A stretch of 53,940 nucleotides of DNA, taken from a virus. Lineage: Duplodnaviria; Caudoviricetes. The position numbers were made by a program, and so were the translations under genes. The first letter of the stretch is position 1; every line of letters begins with the position of its first letter. Of this stretch, positions 8,693 through 16,294 are shown one piece after another. The notes below the pieces were generated by a model that made no database searches, was not told the DNA's origin, and saw only the letters and a program-made list of their open reading frames with translations. Location: positions 1 through 53,940 of IMG/VR virus record IMGVR_UViG_3300049165_000108; one strand, written 5' to 3'.

Positions 8693-9248
8693 CGTGACGG
8701 TCGTCGTCCCCTACCATCCGGCCCGCGCCCGCAACGGCATACTCCAACGCGCCATCGACTCCGTGAACCGGCAGACCACCCCCGCCCACCTCATCACCGT
8801 CGAAGACACCCACGGCCACGGCGCCGCCCGCACCCGACAACGCGGCCTCGACCAAGTCACCACCGAGTGGACCGCCTTCCTCGACAGCGACGACGAGATG
8901 GACCCCACCCACCTCGAACAACTCCTCACCTGCGCCCACGACACCGGAGCCGACTACGTCTACCCCTGGTTCCGCGTCCACGGCGGCCGAGACCCCTTCC
9001 CCCACTTCTACCGCCAGCCCTGGGACGACGACCACCCCCACGCCACCACCATCACCATCCTGGTACGCACCGGCCTCGCCCAACACGTCGGCTTCCCCAA
9101 CGTCCCCGGCGAGGACTACGAATTCACCCGCGGATGCCTCCACGCTGGAGCACAGATCGTCCACCACCCCGCCCGCACCTGGACATGGGTGCACCACGGG
9201 CGGAACTCCTCCGGCCGCCCCGGCCGCGGCGACGCCCGCCGCCGCTGA
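8679..9248 (+). CDS. Glycosyltransferase, GT2 family
   Basis: VTVVVP, AFLDSDD, GEDYEF. Confidence 0.85.
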   Translation: MSSPDVTVVVPYHPARARNGILQRAIDSVNRQTTPAHLITVEDTHGHGAARTRQRGLDQVTTEWTAFLDSDDEMDPTHLEQLLTCAHDTGADYVYPWFRVHGGRDPFPHFYRQPWDDDHPHATTITILVRTGLAQHVGFPNVPGEDYEFTRGCLHAGAQIVHHPARTWTWVHHGRNSSGRPGRGDARRR

Positions 9249-9251
9249 GCT

Positions 9252-9284
9252 CCGGACAGCGAGCCGCCCGACAGCAGCCACAAT
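9252..9284 (+). promoter_or_regulatory. Putative late promoter, degenerate, leaderless
   Basis: CCGGA with CACAAT at +27, ATG at 9291. Confidence 0.5.
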
Positions 9285-9290
9285 CCGACC

Positions 9291-10706
9291 ATGACCACCG
9301 AGGAGCGGGCCCAAGTCGCGCAGCGAGCAGCTGCCGCGCTCGGCGCCCTCCTCAAGCCCCGCTGGCAGCCACAACCGCACCAGATCCCGCCGCCCGGCGA
9401 CTGGACCGGCTGGCTCCTCATGGCCGGCCGCGGCGCGGGCAAATCGAAGGCCTGCGCCGAGTACGTACGCCAGCACGTCGCCGGACCGCCCTGTCTCCCC
9501 GGCGCCGTCCCCCACTGGATCGCCATCATCGCCCCCACCCTCGGCGACGGCGTCACCTCCATGTACGAAGGCCCCGGCGGGATCCGCAACGCAGATCCCG
9601 GCGCGAAACTCGTCCAGGCCCCGGGCGGCATGGTGATCCGCTGGCCCAACGGCAGCCAGGCCAAACTCTTCGGCTCACACAGCCCGGAAGACGTCGAACG
9701 CCTCCGTGCCGGCGGAAACTCGTGCCTCGCCGTGCTGGAGGAGTTCGCCGCATGGCGGTACATGGAGCAGGCCTACGACCAGCTGCGGTTCGGCCTCCGG
9801 TCCGGGCCACGCCCGCACTGGATTGCGGCGACCACTCCGAAGCCGCGGCCGTTGCTGAAGCGGATGCTCGCGGGGGAGATCGCGGGGGTCGTGCATACGC
9901 ACGCCACGATGTACGACAACCCGCACCTGGAGCAGTCCGTCAAGGATGCGCTGGAGGACACCTACGCGGGCACGGACATCGGCGCGCAGGAACTCCAAGG
10001 GCGCCTGATCGACGAGGTTGCTGACGCGCTCTGGACACGGGCCACGCTGGAGGAAACCCGGGTGCGGCCGGACGAGGTGCCGGAGCTGCAGCGGATCTCG
10101 GTCGGCGTCGACCCGTCCGGCGGGGCCGGGGAGCAGGGCATCGTCGTGGTCGGGAAGTCCGGTCTTCTGCTGCCCGGCGCATTGCCAGGGTCGCTGGCCC
10201 CCGAGGATGCGCTCCTCGTACGCGCTCTAGCGAACGAGCGGCCGCAGCATCACGGCTTCGTCCTCGACGACCGGTCATGCAAACTGTCGCCGGACCAGTG
10301 GGGACGCCGTGCGGTGCAGGCCGCGATCGACTGGGAAGCCGACGAGATCGTGGCCGAGACGAACTACGGCGGGGCCATGTGTGTGGCCACGCTGCGCACG
10401 GCGGCCGAGGCGCTCGGCGTGGACATCCCCATTCGGACGGTGACGGCAACGCGGGGCAAGGTGGTGCGGGCTCAGCCAGTCGCGGCGCTGGGGGCTCAGG
10501 GCCGGTGGCACATGGCCGGGGTGTTCCCCGAGCTGGAGGATCAGCTCGCCACCTGGTACTCCGAGTTGGGTTGGTCGCCAGACCGGCTCGATGCGATGGT
10601 GTGGCCGGCGTGGCAGATGAAGCTGGTCGGGACGGCCGCTCGTGGGCAGGGTTCGATGGGTGGGGATCTCGCCAGAAAGCAGATCGTCGGATCGCGGCTA
10701 CGGTGA
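9291..10706 (+). CDS. terL: Terminase large subunit
   Basis: Walker A AGRGAGKS, Walker B variant VLEE, TTP coupling motif, RNase H-like GVDP...E.N.G...DRLDA. Confidence 0.95.
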   Translation: MTTEERAQVAQRAAAALGALLKPRWQPQPHQIPPPGDWTGWLLMAGRGAGKSKACAEYVRQHVAGPPCLPGAVPHWIAIIAPTLGDGVTSMYEGPGGIRNADPGAKLVQAPGGMVIRWPNGSQAKLFGSHSPEDVERLRAGGNSCLAVLEEFAAWRYMEQAYDQLRFGLRSGPRPHWIAATTPKPRPLLKRMLAGEIAGVVHTHATMYDNPHLEQSVKDALEDTYAGTDIGAQELQGRLIDEVADALWTRATLEETRVRPDEVPELQRISVGVDPSGGAGEQGIVVVGKSGLLLPGALPGSLAPEDALLVRALANERPQHHGFVLDDRSCKLSPDQWGRRAVQAAIDWEADEIVAETNYGGAMCVATLRTAAEALGVDIPIRTVTATRGKVVRAQPVAALGAQGRWHMAGVFPELEDQLATWYSELGWSPDRLDAMVWPAWQMKLVGTAARGQGSMGGDLARKQIVGSRLR

Positions 10707-10712
10707 CCGGCC

Positions 10713-11165
10713 ATGGAGACATGGCTGCTGCTGATCGTGATGTCGCTCGCGGTGTACCGGCTGACGCGGCTGGTGGTGGAGGACACGTTCCCACCGGTGT
10801 TGTGGCTGCGTGACCGACTGGTCGGCGGGTGGCGGCCGCTCACCGAGAAGGAGCGGTCGAAGCTGACCATCGAGAGCCCGAACCAGTGGATGTCAGTGGT
10901 CCGGGAACCGCGAGTGCCGAATCCCGCTGTCGCCGACTGGCACGTGCAGGAGATCGACGGCGAGCAGCAGCGGTGGGTCCAGCGGTGGAAGCGGTCCCCG
11001 TTCTGGCTGGCCGAGCTGATCTCCTGCCCCTGGTGCGCGTCCGGCTGGGTCGCGCTCGTTGTGACGGCCGGGACGTGGGCTGTGGTCGGCCTGCCGGTCC
11101 CGCTGCTGGTGTGGCCGGCAGTGTGGGCGGCGGGTGCGCTGATCGCAGCGCAGGAGTGGGCATGA
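10713..11165 (+). CDS. DUF1360-like membrane protein
   Basis: YRLTRLVVED ... ELISCPWC pattern with TM helices. Confidence 0.7.
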   Translation: METWLLLIVMSLAVYRLTRLVVEDTFPPVLWLRDRLVGGWRPLTEKERSKLTIESPNQWMSVVREPRVPNPAVADWHVQEIDGEQQRWVQRWKRSPFWLAELISCPWCASGWVALVVTAGTWAVVGLPVPLLVWPAVWAAGALIAAQEWA

Positions 11166-11297
11166 CGGCTGGCCGGAACGGGCGGTGTCGGATGCGCCGT
11201 AGCATCGTCGGCGGGTAGGTGGACGGGGCCTTCGGGTCTCGGGGTGGTCGCACGAGGGCCGTCCGCGTCAGGCATCGCGGGCGGCCCTCACCCATCG

Positions 11298-11330
11298 CCG
11301 GAATGATCTTCACCGGGCCGCGCCTAGCCT
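11298..11330 (+). promoter_or_regulatory. Putative late promoter for portal operon
   Basis: CCGGAATGATC, TAGCCT at +27. Confidence 0.65.
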
Positions 11331-11370
11331 CCCGCGCAGACCCACCCACAGGGAGCAGCGGGAGCAGCAC

Positions 11371-13158
11371 ATGGCCTGGTGGCACGCCTTCACCCGACGC
11401 AGCCCCCTGCCCAACATCACCGACTCCCAGGCCCAGCCCCAGCAACTCACCGCCTCCGCAGCCCCCGTCAAGGAACCCCGCACCGAGCTGATCCGCAACA
11501 CCGACGGCTGGCAAGAAGAAGCCTGGCAGTACTACTCAGACCTCGGCGAGTTCCGCTACGCCGCCGACTGGGAAGCGAACATTCTCTCCCGCATCCGCTT
11601 CCACGCCGCAAAGCTGGAGCCCGGCGCCGACGAACCCGTACGCGCCGACGCAGGCACCGCCGTCGACCTCATGACGAACTTCGCCGGAGGCGTCGCCGGA
11701 CAAGCCCAAATCATCGGCGGAATCGGCACACAGCTCGCCGTCCCCGGCGAGGGCTACCTCATCGTGGAGAACGTAGGCGGCATCGAGAAATGGTCCGTCC
11801 GCTCCATCGACGAAGTCCGCGCTGCACGCGGCCACTACGAAGTCATCGACGAAACCAACTCCCGTACCGGCACCAACTGGCGCCCCCTCGCTCCTGACTC
11901 CATGGCGCCCATCCGTGTATGGCGGCCGAACAAGCGCTACCACCACATCGCCGACAGCGCGGCCCGCGCCGCCAGGTCGACGATGCGGGAACTGGAGCTC
12001 GTCAACCGGCACATCCAAGCGCAGTACCTCTCGCGCCTAGCGTCAGCCGGGGTCGTGCTCTTCCCTGAAGAGGTCACCTTCCCCGTCCGCGAGGAGTTCA
12101 CCGACGCCCCCGACCCGTTCATGGCGGAATGGATCGAGATCGCCGCCGAAGCGATCCGCACCCCTGGCACTGCGGCTGGCGTGGTGCCGATCCCGATGAA
12201 GCTTCCGGGCGAGTGGATCGACAAGGTGAAGCACGTCGACTTCACCCTCCGCATCGACGACAAGATCATCGAGAAGCGCGACAGCGCCATCAAACGCCTC
12301 GCCTCCCAACTCAACGTCCCACCAGAGGTCCTACTAGGAAATTCGGACCTAAACCATTGGAATGCGTGGATTTCTGATGAAAATAACCTGAAGATCAACA
12401 CGGCCCCCGACGCCGAGTTGATCGCCGACGCCCTCACCACCGGCTACCTCCAACCCCGCCTCAAAGCCAGCGGCGTGGAGGACTGGGCGAGCTGGGTCGT
12501 CTGGTACGACATGAGCGAACTCACGCTGCGCCCGGACCGTTCCGGCGACGCGATCCAGCTGTACGACCGGCTGGAGATCAACGGGGCTGCGCTCCGCAGG
12601 GAGACCGGCTTCGACGAGGCGGACAAGCCGACCGGCGAGGAGCTGCGCGAGCAGGGCCTGAAGGTCATCATCAAGACGTTGCCGTCCGGCGGCCCGTCGG
12701 CGCTGTCGCTGCTCACCGGACAGCGGGTGGAGATTCGGCCCGTCGCTCCGCAGACGCCGGCCGAGCAGGCAGCCCCCAGCGAGGACGAACCGGAGCCAGC
12801 TCCGGAGGAGGAGCGCACGCCGCCGGATCCGGACGCCGCTCGGCAGGCGGCGGCTGTCGCCCGCCAGGAGCGGATGGTCCGGCAGGCGCAGGCCCTGCAT
12901 GCCGTGCGGTTCGCGACTGGCCGGCCGCCGGAGTTGCTGCATCCGGCGACGTGCTCGCAGCACGCATACAGCTGCCCGTTCACCCACGCCGCGTTGAAGC
13001 TACACAACCTGCCCAGGCCCGGGACGTCCGGCGTGTACGAGGCGCGGCTGGACGCGTTCGGCCGGTTCACGATCGGCAAGCACTCTCCGCTGCTGGACGT
13101 CAGCGGGTTCTTCTCGACGACTCGGAGCTCGAATGGCCTCGCTGACAGCCGCCGCTGA
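11371..13158 (+). CDS. Portal protein
   Basis: Position after terL, 595 aa, actinophage portal-like motifs (VPGEGYL, SRLASAG, NHW). Confidence 0.85.
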   Translation: MAWWHAFTRRSPLPNITDSQAQPQQLTASAAPVKEPRTELIRNTDGWQEEAWQYYSDLGEFRYAADWEANILSRIRFHAAKLEPGADEPVRADAGTAVDLMTNFAGGVAGQAQIIGGIGTQLAVPGEGYLIVENVGGIEKWSVRSIDEVRAARGHYEVIDETNSRTGTNWRPLAPDSMAPIRVWRPNKRYHHIADSAARAARSTMRELELVNRHIQAQYLSRLASAGVVLFPEEVTFPVREEFTDAPDPFMAEWIEIAAEAIRTPGTAAGVVPIPMKLPGEWIDKVKHVDFTLRIDDKIIEKRDSAIKRLASQLNVPPEVLLGNSDLNHWNAWISDENNLKINTAPDAELIADALTTGYLQPRLKASGVEDWASWVVWYDMSELTLRPDRSGDAIQLYDRLEINGAALRRETGFDEADKPTGEELREQGLKVIIKTLPSGGPSALSLLTGQRVEIRPVAPQTPAEQAAPSEDEPEPAPEEERTPPDPDAARQAAAVARQERMVRQAQALHAVRFATGRPPELLHPATCSQHAYSCPFTHAALKLHNLPRPGTSGVYEARLDAFGRFTIGKHSPLLDVSGFFSTTRSSNGLADSRR

Positions 13159-16099
13159 CGGCTCGCATACCTCCGGCGCGATGGTCGCCCTCATGCCGAC
13201 GGAGGCAGACGCGGCTCGGCTGGCGATCGAGGGCGGTGAGCCCGCTGATCAGCTGCACCTCACGCTGTACTACCTCGGCAAGGGCGCCGACTTCAGCGAC
13301 GCAGCCAGGCAGGGCGTCATCGACGCCGTCGCCGGAGTGCTGCCCCACTACACCGACCGGCCGGTGACGGCCAGGGCGTTCGGCGCTGCGCACTGGAACG
13401 GCGACAGCGACGAGCCCTGCTGGGTGTGGTCGGTAGGCGACGACGCAGAGACGCCCCGGCTTCTGGGCATGCTCCACGGGGCGATCTGCATGGCGGTCGA
13501 GGAGGGCCTCGCGGGCGTGGCCGACGCTCCGGAACTGCCCACCCAGCACACGCCATGGGTGCCGCACGTCTGCGCCGCGTACTCCGCCGAACTCGACCTC
13601 ATCATCGCGATGGAGGAGCGGCTCGGTCCGATCGTCTTCGACCGGGTGAGGGTGGCGTTCGCAGGCGAGCACACAGACATTCCCTTCCGCGAGGGCGTGA
13701 CAGCTGGGGCGCTGTACGAGCGCGGGGTGATGTCCGCCGAGGCTTTCCGGGAGCAGGCGGGCATGCTGCGGCGCCAGCCGACCGAGCTGGAAACCCGCGC
13801 CCGCGTCGACTTCGCGCAGCTGGACGACGCCTGGCACAAGGCCGTCGACGGAGCACTCGAAGCCTGGGCCGACATCCAAGCCGCGCAGCGCGAGCAGATC
13901 ACCAACGCCGTCCATGCCGCCGTTGAAGCCGACGACCTGGACCGCCTCGACAGCCTCACCGTGAACACCGGCGACGCCGCCACCCTCCTCTTCACGCGCA
14001 TGCGCACGTACGCCGAACAGGCCGGCCGCACCCAGCAGCGCGAGGCCGAGGAGCAGGGCGTCACCGTGCCAGAGTGGTCACTGGACGACGAGGCCGTCAC
14101 GGCGGCTGCGTTCCGCGACCGGCTTCGGCAGCTCGCCCGCACCACGGCCCGGCTCCTCGGCGCAGGCCTCGTCCAGTCCGGCGTGCGGCAGGCGATGCGC
14201 CTGTTCGGCTCCGGGAGTGCTCAGCAAGTCGCGGCCCAAGTCGACGCGCACCTGGCCGCGTTGTCCGACGCGTCCGTACGCGAGGCCCTGGGCGGTGCGA
14301 TGTCGGCGGCGCAGAACGAGGGCCGCATGGCCGTCCTCGCCGTCGGCCCGCCCGGCACCTACGTGGCGAGCGAGGCCCTCGACACCAACTCGTGCAAGCC
14401 CTGCCGCGACATCGACGGCACCACCTACGAGTCCCTCACCGAGGCCCGCCGCGCATACCCGACCGGCGGCTACACCGACTGCCTCGGCGGCTCCCGCTGC
14501 CGCGGCTTCATCGTGGCCGTCTGGCCGGAGGACGAGGTCGACGAGCAGGCAGCCACAGCCGGAACGATCTTGGCGGCGAGTGCGGCCACAATCCCACCCA
14601 CCAGAAGCGAGCAGGGAGGCGCCGTGCCGTACCGCACTGTGCAGGACCACCCGGACTGCGGTGCCGACACGCCGTGGGCCGTCGTGAACACCGAGACCGA
14701 AGAACTCATGGGTTGCCACGCCACCGAGGACGACGCCGACAAGCAGCTGGCCGCGCTCGCAGCCGACGAGGACGGCGCCAACGAGGAACCCGACGACGAC
14801 CTCGACTACGCCGGGCAGACCGCCCCGTGGGAAGGCGTCCTCGCCGTCGAAGGCATCGTCACCGGCGACGGCCGCGAGTTCGCCCCCAACGCCCTGTCCT
14901 GGGCCGACCTCCCGGTCCCGCTGCGCTGGAACAAGGAAGACTCCCACGGCGGCGACCCGAAGACCGTCGCCGTCAACGTCGGCCGCATCGACAAGGTGTG
15001 GCGCGACGGCCCCAAGATCATGGGTGCGGGCGTCCTCGACCTGTCCGACGACGACGGCCGCCGCGTCCACGCCAAGATCGAAGGCAAGTTCCTCCGCGGC
15101 GTCAGCATCGACGCCGACTCCATCGCCGACGCCGACGTCGAATACGTCTTCCCTGAGGACGTCAACGCAGGTACCGGCGAAGGCGAGGGCGAGGACGACC
15201 TCTTCGAGATGCTGTTCGCGCAGCCCGAGAAAGTCGTCTTCCACGGCGGCCGGATCCGCGCCGCGACCCTCGTCGACATCCCCGCCTTCGCTGAGGCGTA
15301 CATCGCGCTCCTCGACGAGCAGGGCGCGGTCGTCGCCGGTGGGGTGCCGGCCACCGTAGACGAGGTGGAGGCAGCCGCGGCATCGGCTCCGGCCGAGGGG
15401 GCCCGCCGCGAGCCGCTGCGCGCGGTGACCGCCGGGGCCGAAGCGTTCCGGCCGCCGGCGGCCTGGTTCAGCGACCCAGGGCTGTCACTGCCGACGCCGA
15501 TCACCGTGACCGACGACTGCCGGATCTACGGGCACGCCGCACAGTGGGGGTCCTGCCACATCGGGCAGGACGACGTGTGCGTGCAGCCGCCGCACGAGGA
15601 CCAGCATCCGTACTACCGCACCGGCGAGGTGGTGTGCGCGGACGGCTCCCGGGTGGCGGTCGGCCAGATCACCGTCGGCACCGGGCATGCCCCGCTGCAC
15701 TACGGGGCGTCCCCGGCGGCCGAGCACTACGACAACACGGGCGCCGCAGTGGCGGATGTGGCGGTGGGCAACGACGCGCACGGCATCTGGATCGCCGGGG
15801 CGGTGCGGCCCGGGGCGGATCCGCTGAAGGTGTACGAGCTGCAGGCGGCCGGTCAGGTGTCTGGGGACTGGCGGCGGATCGGCGGCCAGTTGCGGCTGGT
15901 GGGGCTTCTGGCGGTGAACGTGCCTGGCTTCCCGGTGCCGAAGATGCGGGCCCGGGTGGCGTCGGGTGAGCCGCAGGCGCTGGTGGCGGCGGGTCGGCCG
16001 ACGGTGGCGTGGGGCCGCTCGCAGGTGGATGTGGAGCGTGATGCGGTGCGGATCGTGATGCGGATGCTGTCCCGTCGAGTCCACCCCGGAGGGAGGTGA
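13133..16099 (+). CDS. Head polyprotein: 2H phosphoesterase-like + MuF-like minor head domain + prohead protease-like region
   Basis: HLTL and PHVC 2H motifs; DTNSCKPC...DG...CLGGSRCRG MuF-type Cys motif; G+SID and PAF protease-like motifs. Confidence 0.75.
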   Translation: MASLTAAADGSHTSGAMVALMPTEADAARLAIEGGEPADQLHLTLYYLGKGADFSDAARQGVIDAVAGVLPHYTDRPVTARAFGAAHWNGDSDEPCWVWSVGDDAETPRLLGMLHGAICMAVEEGLAGVADAPELPTQHTPWVPHVCAAYSAELDLIIAMEERLGPIVFDRVRVAFAGEHTDIPFREGVTAGALYERGVMSAEAFREQAGMLRRQPTELETRARVDFAQLDDAWHKAVDGALEAWADIQAAQREQITNAVHAAVEADDLDRLDSLTVNTGDAATLLFTRMRTYAEQAGRTQQREAEEQGVTVPEWSLDDEAVTAAAFRDRLRQLARTTARLLGAGLVQSGVRQAMRLFGSGSAQQVAAQVDAHLAALSDASVREALGGAMSAAQNEGRMAVLAVGPPGTYVASEALDTNSCKPCRDIDGTTYESLTEARRAYPTGGYTDCLGGSRCRGFIVAVWPEDEVDEQAATAGTILAASAATIPPTRSEQGGAVPYRTVQDHPDCGADTPWAVVNTETEELMGCHATEDDADKQLAALAADEDGANEEPDDDLDYAGQTAPWEGVLAVEGIVTGDGREFAPNALSWADLPVPLRWNKEDSHGGDPKTVAVNVGRIDKVWRDGPKIMGAGVLDLSDDDGRRVHAKIEGKFLRGVSIDADSIADADVEYVFPEDVNAGTGEGEGEDDLFEMLFAQPEKVVFHGGRIRAATLVDIPAFAEAYIALLDEQGAVVAGGVPATVDEVEAAAASAPAEGARREPLRAVTAGAEAFRPPAAWFSDPGLSLPTPITVTDDCRIYGHAAQWGSCHIGQDDVCVQPPHEDQHPYYRTGEVVCADGSRVAVGQITVGTGHAPLHYGASPAAEHYDNTGAAVADVAVGNDAHGIWIAGAVRPGADPLKVYELQAAGQVSGDWRRIGGQLRLVGLLAVNVPGFPVPKMRARVASGEPQALVAAGRPTVAWGRSQVDVERDAVRIVMRMLSRRVHPGGR
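14559..14592 (+). promoter_or_regulatory. Internal late promoter inside head polyprotein ORF
   Basis: CCGGAACGATC, CACAAT at +28, then GGGAGG RBS and in-frame GTG at 14624. Confidence 0.6.
14624..16099 (+). CDS. Nested in-frame gene: capsid maturation protease-like protein
   Basis: Own promoter motif and RBS; begins (M)PYRTVQDHPDC. Confidence 0.6.
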   Translation: MPYRTVQDHPDCGADTPWAVVNTETEELMGCHATEDDADKQLAALAADEDGANEEPDDDLDYAGQTAPWEGVLAVEGIVTGDGREFAPNALSWADLPVPLRWNKEDSHGGDPKTVAVNVGRIDKVWRDGPKIMGAGVLDLSDDDGRRVHAKIEGKFLRGVSIDADSIADADVEYVFPEDVNAGTGEGEGEDDLFEMLFAQPEKVVFHGGRIRAATLVDIPAFAEAYIALLDEQGAVVAGGVPATVDEVEAAAASAPAEGARREPLRAVTAGAEAFRPPAAWFSDPGLSLPTPITVTDDCRIYGHAAQWGSCHIGQDDVCVQPPHEDQHPYYRTGEVVCADGSRVAVGQITVGTGHAPLHYGASPAAEHYDNTGAAVADVAVGNDAHGIWIAGAVRPGADPLKVYELQAAGQVSGDWRRIGGQLRLVGLLAVNVPGFPVPKMRARVASGEPQALVAAGRPTVAWGRSQVDVERDAVRIVMRMLSRRVHPGGR

Positions 16100-16105
16100 G
16101 CAAAC

Positions 16106-16168
16106 ATGTGCGGTTGCAACAAGCGTAAGGGTTCGGCACCCCCGCCGCCCCCGCCGCCAGCACCCTGA
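16106..16168 (+). CDS. 20-aa Cys/Pro peptide MCGCNKRKGSAPPPPPPPAP (not in ORF track)
   Basis: Strong GGAGGTG RBS; lies between protease and capsid genes. Confidence 0.55.
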   Translation: MCGCNKRKGSAPPPPPPPAP

Positions 16169-16169
16169 C

Positions 16170-16236
16170 CTTTATATATAGCGGTCCGGTGAAGAGAATT
16201 GACTCTTTGCCGGACCGTGTGCTATGCGCTAACCTC
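16170..16236 (+). promoter_or_regulatory. Capsid upstream control region
   Basis: TTTATATATA tract, inverted repeat CGGTCCGG..AAGAG / CTCTT..CCGGACCG, TTGACT and TAACCT hexamers. Confidence 0.5.
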
Positions 16237-16294
16237 GCTGCGAATAGGCGCCAACTCGACGGGCGCACAACCCCTCTTCGCAACGGAGGACCAC

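Noticed and set aside
16199-16294. Longer capsid N-terminus from TTG 16199
   Set aside because: GGAGG RBS supports GTG 16295; the upstream stretch looks regulatory
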